This document shows positions 1 to 13,176 of a stretch of 64,000 nucleotides of DNA, in pieces. The translations under genes were made by a program, and so were the position numbers. The stretch's first letter is position 1. Every line of letters starts with the position of its first letter. The stretch comes from Macrostomum lignano (lineage: Eukaryota): NCBI GenBank assembly GCA_002269645.1, contig NIVC01002604.1:93381-157380 (forward strand). The letters are read 5' to 3'. Under the pieces are notes generated by a model. The model worked only from the letters and a program-made list of their open reading frames with translations, did no database searches and was not told where the DNA came from.

Positions 1-1317
1 ATAATGAATTCAAATAAGTTATACTAATTACTTTATAGAAATTCTGAAAGGTAGCAAAATACTCTTTTTTGTCCCCGAAACCTCTGGGAAGTACTTTGAA
101 TGGAACTAGTCAAAGCAACTTACTTATCTTTTTAATGTCATTTAAACAATATGAAAGCAGCATTTTTTAAACATTTATGATTTGAATTGCAAATATCAAT
201 GTCCACTATACACTACTTTTATGTAAATGCTAAAATAAATAGAGATCTTATAGTGTATATTAAAAGGTAAAATAAAGTTCAAATTTATACCAAAAAGAAA
301 GATTCTTACCTAAATAACAATAAAACACTTAATAAATAATAATAAAATATAATACTTCATTAGTAATATAGCATAATGAATTCTTAACAATGATTAATGC
401 AGTCAATATTTATATGCATTTATAGATATTTATTTTCTCCTAAGTTGTTATACTGTCTTATTATATCAGAACATTACCTATTTTTTAATTGAAAAATGCT
501 TTTGTTATTTGAATGGAGTCAATGTGTTCTTTGCATCAATTTTCAATGAGGATTTTATATCAATTGTTAGGCCTAATTTTGCAAATTATGTTTAAAGTTT
601 AGCATTTTCATAAAACAAACCAAATAGTTAAACTAAGGAAACAATGGATTTAAAATGAAAATGTAATAGGGTCTAAGCATTAGAAATATTAGTATTATAC
701 TATACTTATAGTTAGATAATAAACTTTTTTCTATTTAAAAAAAATTACTCTTTTAAAAGTTATACTATCATATTACACTTCTACTGCCTACCTCTATTTT
801 TGGCTATTTATTATAACTGACTATTCAATTTGTTTAATAGATACTTATAATCTTTGTACTAATTAGCATAGTGGTTATATCTAAAATATATGGCGAAATC
901 CAAAAATCAGGGGCAAGTTTTATGAAAATTCATTTTTTGGCAATTTGAAAGCAATAAAGCTATAAAATAAATTTATTTAAGTTTTTAAAAGGTAAAAAGT
1001 CTATAAAAGCACAAATTATTTATGTATAGCTTTATTTTTAATAAAATGATTTGTTAAAATGGTAAGTTTAATTATGACCTAAAATGACTCTAATGAAAAT
1101 GATAGAAAAACTATAATAATGTATTTTATAAACTTTAACTATCTTATAATGTTATTACACTATATAATTCTACAACATATTTAACATTATTTTTAAGGGT
1201 TTATTTGTTTATCACTTTTGTTACTCTTGACAACCTGTATTTTGTAGAGTTTGTTTGCAATAAATTGTATTCAATGTGTAAGTTTATTATTTAAACATAC
1301 AAATTCCCATAAGGATC

Positions 1318-1606
1318 AGAAAATTGCTTTTTTTCCTGCATACACGCTGCAGTGATACATGTTTTAGTGTAATTTCATAGTCTTTGTCGCTTAATGAGCA
1401 TGCAGTAAGCATCTAATTTGGAAGCCGGGTAACACATTGGAATTCCCATAAGAATTGGAAAATTGCAATTTTACTCAGCTTCTACTAAAGCAATTTGGAA
1501 AATTCTTTTTTTCCTGCATACGAGTACATGCCACGATGATACATGTTTTAGTGTAATTTCATTGTTCTTCGTTGCTTAATAAGCATATAGGAAGCATTTG
1601 ATTTGG
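1318..1606. repeat. Diverged direct duplication of about 100 bp
   Basis: TTTTTTCCTGCATAC...GATACATGTTTTAGTGTAATTTCAT...GCTTAAT.AGCAT...ATTTGGA occurs near 1325 and near 1505. Confidence 0.8.
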
Positions 1607-4600
1607 ATTTTGAATTTTTTACCCAAAATTTTAAGTCTAAATATAGGCGTATTACAAACACTAATACTATGCAATTTGATATTTAAATGAAAGAAAACAA
1701 ATATTATTTTGCAACAAGGAATTAGCGATATATATACTTTTAGAGAAAGATGTTTGCTGGCAAACTTTGCACTTTAAATTAGTATGAATTTTCGCGAGTT
1801 TATGTGGTTTTAGAAAAACTTTGAAATCCTCAGAAATACTTCATCTTTTTGAATAGAATAAAAAGTAAAACATAGATTACTTTCTATTTTGTAAGTAGTA
1901 AAAAATAGCCTTCTCTAAGGCCTACAAGTCTTAAAATTAATTGTTTAATAATGAAAAAAAGTGGAACAAAGAATTGCGAATTGGTCAACTTAGACTTAAA
2001 AAATGTTTTTTTTGTGGTTTTTTTATTTATTCAACGATATAAAGCATGAAGACAATAGTTTTTATCTAGAACTGTTTTTTAAAGACCTATCTATCTTTCA
2101 AAAACCTTTTTTAGATACATTACTTTCCATTGAATGTCCACAGATTTGTTTTACAATTTCATCCCATGTTTTTGGATTTCGCCATATATATTGATATTAT
2201 CTACCCAAAATTATAATAATAAATTAACTAGTCATTATTAGTCATTAAAATTAAATTAAGGATAAAATAAAAAATATAGAAGTGCTAGTTTAATAGTGCT
2301 AGTTTTTGCTAGCACTAAGAAGCAAAATTGCATACAGTTTATTTTCAAGATGCAATTTGGAAAGTCAAGATCCTTATTGCATAAAAAACCTGAAAAAACT
2401 AACATAGGTTTTTTGCTAGTATTAGGATTCAAACTTATATCCAAGGTCTAATTGAAAAATGCAATTTTGAAAGTCAAGATGCTATACTCCTAGAGATAGA
2501 CTAGTATTTCTATTGCACAAAAAAAATATTTTATTCAAGCAAAACCTAAAGTTATACCAGTCTCATTTTGGGTTTATACTATATTATTGGCATAGTTATA
2601 AATATATACTTTGTACACAAAGTTTGGTTGCCTTAGCCTTATTCTGCCATTTATATTGCATATAGTCACATTATATTTACCAAATATATCTAGACTGCAA
2701 GCGTCATTTATCAGTTTGGTTGCCAATTATTTATTTCTAAAGAATGTGGTGCTCTAGTGCATGTGATGGGTAGGTCATACTATTCATAAATAATAGTTCG
2801 TAAGTCGATACGTGGAGCAGGCGTCGCCGCGGGGGACGCGGGGGCCGCGTCACTAGTTAAAATAAGTCATGACTCTTGACTCAGGTAAGATTAATTTGGG
2901 TTCAGATAAGATGAATTACGAATATAAAATAATGGAATGTACAAATAGATACCTGCAATATTTTTCGCGTATGTCAATAGTATTCTTTTACACTTTTCGC
3001 TTTTTGCACAAGTAAGCATAATTGTTCTGCGCAATATTTTTCTCAATATTCTACGAAGCATTTCTGTTTTTAAAAAGATCCATGAGGAAATATTGTAACA
3101 GGCTATAACAAAAACGTATAATCTACTTAACCGGCAGTTGCTTCGTTTCGGAATAAATTATTATTAATGTAATCCTTTAATGAATAAAAGAGATGAATTG
3201 TCAATTAATTCTCCAGGTATTACGGTCTATGTACAAGTATGATGATGCATGTTCTTATCGGGGGCGCCACAAGATGGCGCAAAACTTTTAAAGGACACGA
3301 TAAAGTGTTCACGATGTTCCCTGGCAAAGAAAACTCTGGCTAAAATACTAGAACGTGTATTTTTCTAATTATTGTTGAATGCTCTTCAGTATCTCGGATT
3401 CACGTGGTCTATTGTATTGACATTGTGAGCATACAGTACTTTACGTACATGTACCATGTACTCATACGCATGTATATGTAGATGTATACGTATACGCTTA
3501 TTGTAGAACATAATGAGGCATAAACAATATTTAAAAAAAATGCATTTTATTCTGCCATTTACGATTTATAACTGGGAGTTGTGTATTCATCCACAGCAAT
3601 AGTATTCGCAGTAAAATGTTTATACGTTAGATTTGATTTATATTTTATAAAGCAACATCAAATTAGAACACGCAGATGTTGTATTATTTTACAAAGCTAT
3701 ATTGTGCACTCACGGTGCCGCCGCATAAGAATGCAAGAACTAACTTCGTTTATAAAAACACGTAAATGTTTATAAACAGAGCAAGCAGATGTCACACAAA
3801 AATATGGATGAAATTGGTTAGAAAAAAAGAACAATGAAGTATTAAAGAAATACCTGCTTTGAGTTCTAAGCCTTAAGACTGGTCTAGTCTTAAGCAAAGA
3901 AAACTTTACATAGCCGAGATAGTCGTAGGAGTTTCTACCGATCCAAACTGAATAAGGAAATTTTCTGAAACTGTCACCTGGATTTCTGAATTCTTTGTTT
4001 GTGCTAGGTAAATTGTATTATAGTTAATTAATTAGCGAAAAGTGAATACGTAGTGATTTATTCAATTTTAACTGCAGGGAAACACATGTCACAAATTTCG
4101 TACTTTTAGAAGCTTATACTTTTAAAATCCTAAAAGCATGTATTGTATTGTTTTCAATAGGACATTAGTTTTGATGGATAGGGGTAATTATAGTACGCAA
4201 TGTTATGCAATTGAAACGCAAACTTTGTGCCACTGAGATCAATTACTCATATGCATATCGAACTATGTACTTATAGTGAAGTATAATGTCCTTAGCGAAA
4301 CAATTACACAGAATTTCCTGCAAACTAACTAAATCCGTGCATTAATTTGTGCAGTGCGGGACAAGCTAGATAATTGGACAAATCAAATACAGAGTAGGCA
4401 ACAAAACAGATTGTTATTACAAGTAATAACAGTGCAGAAGGTTAGCAAATACACTTCAAATAAACAGTCATTTTTATTATACTTACATAACTAGAGCGGG
4501 GAGTATTGTGAGCAGTTAGATTTTTGAAACAACAGGTAGGATAATAAGATATGCTGCTGCAATGCGTCACTCGCCTATACAGGATTGGGGCTATATTGTA

Positions 4601-4879
4601 CAGGGGCCAAACCAGTGATCTGGATTCTAGCGGGCTCACTCTTAGAAATCTATTACACCATATTAATATAAAAACAACGAAAGAAAAACGCTGAAAACGC
4701 AAAGATGCCAAACAAATATGAGAAGTTACAACATGAAAACGTTGATAAACAGTTGATAATAAGAGACACAGATTAATCAGCCATGCTTTAATTTTCAATG
4801 AAAATCAACTATCAGACAGATAAAATTGCACCTATTATGATTGGTAATAAAATCAAGTCTACTAGATACCCAGATCTCA

Positions 4880-6499
4880 TCAAGCGGCTGAACTCCCTGC
4901 GGCTGCCGATGCTGTCGCAACGTCATGCGCCGGTTCCGTATTGATCTCTTGAAGCTGATTCCGCGGCCGCTTCTCGCTTGGCGGTCCCGAATCTGACCAG
5001 TCCCCATCTCCAATCCCTGCGGCATCTTCCATAGCGGCTTCGGCCTCGTCTGCAGACGCGATTCGTCGTTTCACGGCGCTGGCAGTCTGGTCAGGATCAG
5101 GAGGCGACGTGTCTTCCTGCACAGCGTCAGCTTCGTTGCTATTAGTGTCGCCGTTCGCCGTAGTCACTTCGTCGGCAGCCGAATCTATCGATGGCGACGC
5201 CGCCGAGGCTGCAGAAGATTCGGCCTCGGCGGCAGGAATTCGACGTGGCTGTTGCAGCTTTCTGGCGCATTTTTCACGCCGTTTGCGCGCCTCAAGCAGT
5301 TCAAGAATGGCTGCAGGCTTGCCGCCGCCAGTCACTGGTGGAGCAACCGACGCGGGCGCCTCCTCAGACTGCTGCTGGGCCTCTTTGTCCGATGACTCAA
5401 CAGCGCCGTCGTGTCTGACACCGCCGTTATTATTGTTCTCCTCATCGTCATCATCGTCGCTCAGCACGACAACCATATCGGGAGGCACCGCTGCTGGCCT
5501 CTCGGGTGTTGGACACGGAGCTTGGCGCTGCGCCTGAATGCTGCGACGTTGCTGCGCTTGCTGCTGCTGCTGCTGATGGCGCGACACGACCGGCCCTGCT
5601 GACTGATGAATAATAGGCTGTGCAGGAGGCGCCGGCCGAGACTGCGGAATCCGCAGACCTGGCTGGTGCACGGGTCGCGAAACGGTCGCAGCCGAAGGCC
5701 CAGTTAAATCGATCACGGATCCTCTGGTTTTGCCACTCCTGCGCTGGGCGTGCTTATCCTCCTCGGCGATAAGGCTGCGCAGTTTGCCAAGCCGTAGGAA
5801 CAGGTGCATCCGGTAGGCGCTTTTAAATCGGGATACAATCTGCGACTTGTCTGCAAGAGTAGTGGCGGCAGTGAGATCCTGCATGAACCGGCTGTATTGG
5901 CGCATCATACCCTGCAATAGGGACACTGTGGCATTAAGCGCTGTGCCAATATTGCGCACGTCAACGGATTCGATGTCGGATAGGATTGTCTCTATGCGAA
6001 CATTCTGCTTGTACCACAGCTCGGTGCGCTGGGTTACACTAGCTTGGCCGGCAGCTGCTGCTGGCGCCGCTACCTGCTGCGGCTGCTGCTGCCGCCGTTG
6101 CTGTTGCTGCATCTGTTGCAATTGCTGCAATTGATGACGATTGTGCAGCTGCGAGCCAACCTGATTGTGCTGCTGGGTCAACTGCCGATGCGGTTGCAGA
6201 GGCTGATTACCTACAGTAGTATACGGCATCCTAGAAGTGACTTTTGGCACCGAACTCAAATCCAGCTGCATGCCAGCAATGGTGGCGTTGCTAGTAACGC
6301 CAACTCCGCCGCGAACGCTGCCGTAGGCGATTGCTGGAGTTGCAGCGACTAGAACTGGCAGCTGGTCCTGACGGATCGTCTGCAGCTGGGGCAGTGGCAG
6401 AGGCTGCAGCTGCAGTGGCGCCGAGTTAGGAGGAGCAGGTGCGGCAACCGTTTTCTTTGCTTGGGCCACTTTCTGCTTCTCAGAGCGTTTGCTTGCCTC
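4880..6499 (-). CDS. ATRX-type ADD-domain protein, terminal exon 3 (Q/A-rich, predicted helical segment, SIM-like motifs)
   Basis: tttcag acceptor at 6502-6500, in frame with the 529-aa ORF; stop at 4880. Joined protein about 758 aa with no SNF2 motifs. Confidence 0.75.
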   Translation of the reverse strand, partial: EASKRSEKQKVAQAKKTVAAPAPPNSAPLQLQPLPLPQLQTIRQDQLPVLVAATPAIAYGSVRGGVGVTSNATIAGMQLDLSSVPKVTSRMPYTTVGNQPLQPHRQLTQQHNQVGSQLHNRHQLQQLQQMQQQQRRQQQPQQVAAPAAAAGQASVTQRTELWYKQNVRIETILSDIESVDVRNIGTALNATVSLLQGMMRQYSRFMQDLTAATTLADKSQIVSRFKSAYRMHLFLRLGKLRSLIAEEDKHAQRRSGKTRGSVIDLTGPSAATVSRPVHQPGLRIPQSRPAPPAQPIIHQSAGPVVSRHQQQQQQAQQRRSIQAQRQAPCPTPERPAAVPPDMVVVLSDDDDDEENNNNGGVRHDGAVESSDKEAQQQSEEAPASVAPPVTGGGKPAAILELLEARKRREKCARKLQQPRRIPAAEAESSAASAASPSIDSAADEVTTANGDTNSNEADAVQEDTSPPDPDQTASAVKRRIASADEAEAAMEDAAGIGDGDWSDSGPPSEKRPRNQLQEINTEPAHDVATASAAAGSSAA

Positions 6500-6609
6500 C
6501 TGAAAGCGTTAAAGCAAATAGGATTAGTTAGTATAGTATTTAATTGAAAGGAAATCATTGCAGAGCTCTATATGTTTCCCCCCTCTCTTCCCTTCCCGCC
6601 AGTCCCTCT

Positions 6610-8069
6610 CAGTGGCGTAGCCAGGAATTTCAATTGGGGGGTGGCGGTTTGGCCTGGCTGGCCATGCCTTATGCCATTGCCACTTTTGGCGCCGCAGGCA
6701 CTCATTTTGGCGCCGCAGGCACTCATTTTAGCGCCGCAGGCACTCACTTTAGCGCGCCGCAGGCACTTATTTTGGCGCCGCAGGCACTCAATTGCCTCAT
6801 GGTTTTTGGGGGGCCATCACAAGCTCGAAAAATCACATCGTCGAAAAGCATCCACCATCACAAGCTCGAAAAGTCCTAAGCTCGAAAAATCATATCGTCG
6901 AAAAATTTAGCAACCACCATCACAAGCTCGAAAAGTCACATCGTCGAAAAGGTTAGCAACCACCATCACAAGCTTGAATAGGGTTAGGGTTAGAGCTTGT
7001 GCCTTAGGGTTAGGGCTTAGGGTTAAGTTTAGGGTTGGGGTTAGAACTTGTGCCTTAGGGTTAGGGTTTAGGGTTAGGTTAGGGTTGGGGTTAGGGTTAT
7101 GTTTCAGGGTTAGGCTAGGGTACTGGTGCCTTAGGGTTAGGGTTAGTGCCTTGGGGTTAGGGTTAGAGCTTGTGCCTTTTCGAGCTTGTGATGATGTTTG
7201 CTAAGCTTTTCGACGATGTGATTTTTCGAGCTTATGACTTGTCGAGCTTGTGATGGTGGTTTCTAAATCAGTTTTCGACGATGTGACTTTTCGAGCTTAT
7301 GACTTTTCGAGCTTGTGATGGTGGTTGCTAAACTTTTCGACGATGTGATTTTTCGAGCTTGTGAGTTTTCGAGCTTGTGATGGTGGTTGCTAGACTTTTC
7401 GACGATGTGACTTTTCGAGCTTATGACTTTTCGAGCTTGTGATGGTGGTTGCTAAACTTTTCGACGATGTGATTTTTCGAGCTTGTGAGTTTTCGAGCTT
7501 GTGATGGTGGTTGCTAGACTTTTCGACGATGTGACTTTTCGAGCTTATGACTTTTCGAGCTTGTGATGGTGGTTGCTAAACTTTTCGACGATGTGATTTT
7601 TCGAGCTTGTGAGTTTTCGAGCTTGTGATGGTGGTTGCTAGACTTTTCGACGATGTGACTTTTCGAGCTTGTGATGGTGGTTGCTAAACTTTTCGACGAT
7701 GTGATTTTTCGAGCTTGTGATGGTGGTTGCTAAACTTTTCGACGATGTGACTTTTCGAGCTTATGACTTTTTGAGCTTGTGATGGTGGTTGCTAAACTTT
7801 TCGACGATGTGACTTTTCGAGCTAATGACTTTTCGAGCTTGTGATGGTGGATGCTTTTCGACGATGTGATTTTTCGAGCTTGTGATGGCCCCCGCTGCTA
7901 ATTCAGTTTTCGACGATGTGATTTTTCGAGCTTATGACTTTTCGAGCTTGTGATGGAGCCCTGTTTCGACGATGTGATTTTTCGAGCTTATGATGGCGAC
8001 CCGTTTTTGGTACCCGCCGCGCCCAACCCCACCCCCCTAGGCGATTGGGCCCCCCTGGCTATGCCACTG
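6610..8069. mobile_element. Non-autonomous foldback/MITE-like element with telomeric core
   Basis: TIR CAGTGGCGTAGCCAGG / CCTGGCTATGCCACTG (15 of 16 match); inverted arrays of a CCATCACAAGCTCGAA(AA)-type subterminal repeat on both sides of a TTAGGG tract. No 8-bp TSD (only CT|...|CT). Confidence 0.75.
6977..7170 (+). repeat. Degenerate interstitial telomere-like (TTAGGG)n tract
   Basis: About 13 exact TTAGGG plus variants, interspersed with GAGCTTGTGCC. Confidence 0.85.
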
Positions 8070-8458
8070 CTTTCGGGTCTCCGACTCTCCCTTCCTGTTT
8101 GCCTCCTATCTAGTCCAACCTTTCCATCTAGTCTAACCCTTTCCGTCTCCCATCTAGTCTAGCCCATCTGGCAATCGTTCACACGGCAATCAACTGACAT
8201 ATACTGAGGAGAATGACTGGGCTGGGGTTTAGAGGAGGGTGATGCAAGTTTTCCAATTTGTTGCGCGAGCAATACTGTGCGCATATCTCCAGCTGAGCCT
8301 AAATCTCTCGTATTTTCAGCACGTTTGAGAAAACTAGACTTCCCGTCTTTGCTTCCCATTCCTGTCTACCTCATTCGAGCCCTTCTATTCCTGTCTACTC
8401 GCCGCCCTCCCCTCGCTCCCCTTTTTGTCCCCGAGCTTCTAGAAGAAATACAACGTAC

Positions 8459-8779
8459 CAGAAAGTGCTCTTTAACAGTTTTAATAACAACAACGGCTTC
8501 CTCCTGTAGGTGCCTTAGTGAGCTCTGATCGCAGGCGTAGCAAAGCCAAACAGACTCGTCCGGCAAGCTTTCAATATCCTGCAGAGCGCTGCGACCAAGA
8601 TTGCGTTTAATACAAGTGCGGCAGAATGAATGCTCGCAATTGTCGCAGCAGATTAATGAGCCGCCTTCGCCGCACCAGCGACACTGGTTCTCTTTGCCCT
8701 GCTCGTCCGAGTCGAAGTGGCCAGACGCGTAGAATTTATAGCATTTCTGGCACACCAGCACTTTTAGTAGCGGATGCAC
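8459..8779 (-). CDS. ATRX-type ADD-domain protein, exon 2 (ADD/PHD zinc finger)
   Basis: ttcag acceptor, then VHPLLKVLVCQKCYKFY...ENQCRWCGEGGSLICCDNCEHSFCRTCIKRNLGR...WLCYAC, matching the ATRX ADD pattern (HP.L.VL.C..C, QCRWC.EGG.LICCD.C...FC..CI.RNLGR, W.CY.C). GTACGT donor at 8458, phase 0. Confidence 0.92.
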
Positions 8780-8877
8780 CTGAATGAAGATGGAAAAACA
8801 AACTTTTGAGTAGTATTCATATTCACTAAGTAGTAGATAACAGTTTTAAAGTGAAAAAAAAATTATTGCACACTTAC

Positions 8878-9213
8878 ATCCATAGTGCCATTGTAAGGAT
8901 TGACTTTCTTTCCACAAGCGGTGCACTTAACGGTGTCGTAAATTCCTGGCGCGGCGCATCGAGCACCGGACGAGGCCTGATCGAAGCAGGCAACTTGGCT
9001 ATTGCCAGTCTCAGCAACGGCTTCCGGTTGCACAACCACAGTGCCGTCCTCCAATTGCTGCTGGCCTTGACCATTAATTATAGTAGTAGTCAGAGTAGGC
9101 GTTTGGGGCTGCGACAGTGGCTCAGGCAACTGAGGCGCAACTAACGTTGCCTCAGTATTGTCTTCCTCCTCACTGTTTGCCACGCGCCGAATCGCGCACT
9201 GCTTGGTTCGCAT
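8878..9213 (-). CDS. ATRX-type ADD-domain protein without helicase, exon 1 of 3
   Basis: ATG at 9213 with an in-frame upstream stop. Ends VKCTACGKKVNPYNGTMD (first Cys pair of the ADD GATA-like finger), followed by GTAAGT donor at 8877, phase 0. Confidence 0.8.
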
Positions 9214-12200
9214 AATTAATTATTAACTACTTGTCGGTAGTAGCTGACAGGTTTGATGTTCACCTTTGTTTGCCGTTGAATCAGACAATCTGATTGTACA
9301 GTTGAGGTTGCTTATTCTTTTTTACAAACCGGAGTTGGGTTCTCCCGGCTGGAAATACGAGACAAGAAGGCTTGCTACACTGCACACTTCAGTTGGTTAT
9401 ATAGAATAACTAGCATATATGTACAATAGGGGGAAGAAGAACCATTAAAGGGCATGTGATTGGCCAAAATAGAAGGGGAGGCGTTCGTTGAAATCGGGCA
9501 CACAGAAGAAACACACAGACCAATGCTCCTACGTAGGCGAAAAATTCTGCAAATTATTTCTCTAAGGTCTAGGCACAGAGAGACGTGGGGCGGCGCTTGG
9601 AAAGGGAAGGAAAATCTCGCGTTCAGTTCAGCAAGCAAACACTGCAAACCCTGGCCTTGCCCTCTCCTTTCTACCCCCTCCGCGTGCGCAATGAAATGAA
9701 GGCTGGGGCCAGCCCCACCCCATTTCCTCTCAACCCTAGCTGATCATGTGACTTGCAACCCCACCCTGCCCAACACGAGACGCGAAACGTTCCACACTGT
9801 ACATTTAGAACCTACCCTCACTCAGTCCCTCACTCAGCCCTTTTTCACTCCACTCCTTCTCTCCATAGCTTTCACACGCCCGCAAACACGTTCTAGACCA
9901 CAGATACTATAAACACTAGATAGGCCACTCAGGCTAATTTTCTGGGCAAGTTTTTTATTCTACTTTCTGCTTAGTAGCAATGAAAGGAAGCAACAGTATT
10001 ATTTGCTAAATTAGACAAATCGAGTGACTGTTTTTAAGACATCGTTTTGCTAACGCCATAAACAACTAACTTGTTTTGTGCAGTAATGGTGTACATTAAG
10101 ACGCGACAGACAGTGTGCAATGCCGCTATCTTTCAAAGTGGAGGAAGGGGGGTAGTCTGGAATAGGGTTAATATCAGTTTCGTATAAGGCAGGGTGAGTG
10201 GATCGATAATTTAGGCCCACTGGTGGTGGGATAGAAAATAAAGGACTGCACATAGCTAGCCTGGGTTAGGGGTGGGGGTTGAGAGGTTGTGGGTTAGAAA
10301 ATTTGGGGGTGGCGAATCGTGCTTAAATACAAGCTTATATAGATGAACAGGACAAGAGTCAGAGTTAAAGAAAGTTCGAGTGCATACTAGCTTTTCTATC
10401 TAATCTTGTACTCGAGAAATGTTTTGATTCGAACCACTGCTGTGCTCCCACTTGCACGAGCTTTGTACTAGTGCTATTAACATCCGAGAAAGAAAAATCC
10501 GTTGCGAATGCATAAATTACCAAAAGATGACACTGGCGAAGCGCTGGCAGCAGCTACTGCAGGAGCGTGGATATTGACCTTTATAAACAATTAAATCACG
10601 GGGCCTCCGTGTGTTCAGCTTGCACTTTATGGACGAGGCCTACTGCTGCCTTACAAAGTGCCACGGATGTGCAAGACATCTGTTTTCGCTGGGACGCAAT
10701 CCCACACCAAGAGTTGATGCTGCCTCGGCTCGTTCAAATAGACCAGCTACCCTCTGTGCAAAGGACTGATAAACGATGAAGAGGCAGACGACATGTACCC
10801 TCCAGTGCTGGGGCCAATTAGCAATCTATCTGCAGCCGAGCCTGCGACTTGCCTGCTGCCAGTGCTGTGGCAGAGCAACCTTCGGCTACCAGATTCTGCG
10901 CCGAGAACAGCTGTTGCGGCTGAAAGCTCTCACCTCTGCAGCCGATTCGCGGGTTCCAAGCGCTAGAGGCAAGCGCTAGTGTTTATAGTATCTGTGTTCT
11001 AGACCAGTAAAAAAGCCTGGTAGCCTGGCCCTGTACACAACACTAGTCTAGTAGGGATCACGCGCTTAATGCGTGACTGAGAGAGGACGACTGGAAGGCC
11101 AAAAGGGGGCAGAGAGGACAGCGCAAGGTTTAGGTTTGTTTAATTGGTAGTCGAAGCCCCGGGTTTATATAGGGTTTACATTTACATAACACTGGTTTCT
11201 AAACCGGAAAAAACCGGTTTGCATGCAAAAAAGTTCTACAGTACAGTTAGAAACGATAGGGCAACATAGGACAAAGGAATTAAATACATAAATATCAATT
11301 AGACAGTGGGAGTTCTCTACGAAAATGACGTAATAAAATAAATTAGGATCTGATACTGATATAAAAATCTAGCTGCGGTAACTAATGAATCCTAAGTTTC
11401 TAACTTATGATTAAATCTTATGATCTTATGATTATGATCAAGTACTTTAATATTGAAAAATAACGCGTTACAATCTGTCTATGCAATATTTGCAGAAATA
11501 AAGCAGCAATTAAAACACCAAGAAGTAACATCGTTCATAAAGGGCAATGTCACACAGATATTGGCCCGATTTCCAACAAGCGTTTATCTACAATAAACAC
11601 AGTAAACACAGACTTACAGACAGCAGACAGACAGACAGACAGGAAGGAATTGGAAACAAGTGTTCTTAATATATAGGCTTACAGAGTAGGTTTTAGGGCA
11701 AATCAGAACACGGAGACCTAAGCTTTCTTTTCAAATAAAAAGGCGATATATATATATATATATTAATTAGTAGCCGGTTAGGTCTTTTGTTAGGAACCTC
11801 GAGTGTTCAAGTACACATTGACAGTTGTGAGTAATTAATTAACCCTCAGATGGTGCTTGTTGCAGTGCAGTAGTGGCTCAAGAAAAAAAGCAAACATTTT
11901 TTTAAAATACTTATAGCACACGTACACACGTTAATTACATTAATTCGGTCAAAACTCATTGATTAAAAAACATGCATTGAATATAAAGTTGAAGCGTTGA
12001 AGACGAGTGAAAAAACTGGCATACCTAAACAGGAATTTGCGTTTTGAAAGCAGAAATTCCATTTAAAAAATTACCCAACACGACCCAGGCACAGGTCGAT
12101 ATTTAAATCACGCTTTTTTCTTCTATTGCTGTTGTACTAGTTGATTTGTTTTATTTAGCAAGAACTTATTAGCTCACAATTTGACAGACGTTAATGATTA

Positions 12201-13176
12201 AAGTCTAATTATTGCAAATTCATATTATAGATTTAGTAATTAAACACAAAAATAGATTCAATATATAGTTAAAAAGAAATTTAAACAGTAGAAACAAATA
12301 TGCTCGTATATTTACAGAAGAAATACCACGATTAGTTAAAGGCCTGTGCGATCGAGGTCGGAACCAAAATAAATCTTTAATTTTTTGTAATATGTTTTTA
12401 GCAATTACAATCGAGTCACAGTCGAAAATTGGTGAATACTAATTTTTCTAGCTTTAGTTCAGAAGAGACTTGAATAATCTAAGATTGTGTACATAGTACA
12501 CGGGCAGTGGTAATGACATCCACTTAAGTATGTATATATATATATATATACATTAGAATTTACAAACCCATTACCTTGTATATAGTGAATAATAATGAAA
12601 TAGAATTAATGAATCGATCATGAATGGCTGCAGTTAAGGTGTTACCTTCCACTCTGTCTGTAATTTGCAGAAGTATTTATACCGAAATATGCACCTTAAT
12701 TAAATGATTTTTAAAGAGAAAACTAAAACGAAATCAAACACAATAATGTAATAAACCTTAACGTACAGCCAGAAAAACAGATTTTTGCTTTTTTGATTAT
12801 CAAATAAGAGGTACAACAATAGCAATAACCGAAGCTACCAAAGGAACTGAAAAAAGAGAATGAAAGCTTTTTGCTTTACTAGGCGATGGAAAAAATATTA
12901 AAATATAGGAGCAACCGGGACTTTGAGTTTTGACCAATAGGCTGGGTAAAGTTTCAACTACTCGTAGCTCCTAGCTCGAACATTCTAGCTGACCGTCACT
13001 AACGTCCAGACGAGCTTACAAACGAGTTTTGTTGCTAATCTCATTTCAAACTCAACGGTGCAAATCAAAAAGAATCACAATATGACATTGAAATTGACAA
13101 AGATCGGGCAGAGAATCTTCTATTAAACTAGACTTGCTGATCCAACTTTTGTCCCATTCAAGTCGGTCAGAAATCT

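Noticed and set aside
1630-1998. TTAAGTCTAA / TTAGACTTAA as the TIR of a TTAA-targeting element
   Set aside because: Only about 10 bp in very AT-rich sequence, with no extension.
2940-4800. Additional gene or helicase exons downstream of the ADD gene
   Set aside because: Only short open frames, with no SNF2 or other motifs.
10500-10980. GC-elevated segment with two short ORFs, and a 19-bp match (GATGAAGAGGCAGACGACA) to TMUB exon 1 near 14829
   Set aside because: No domain or splice structure; a single short match is not evidence of duplication.
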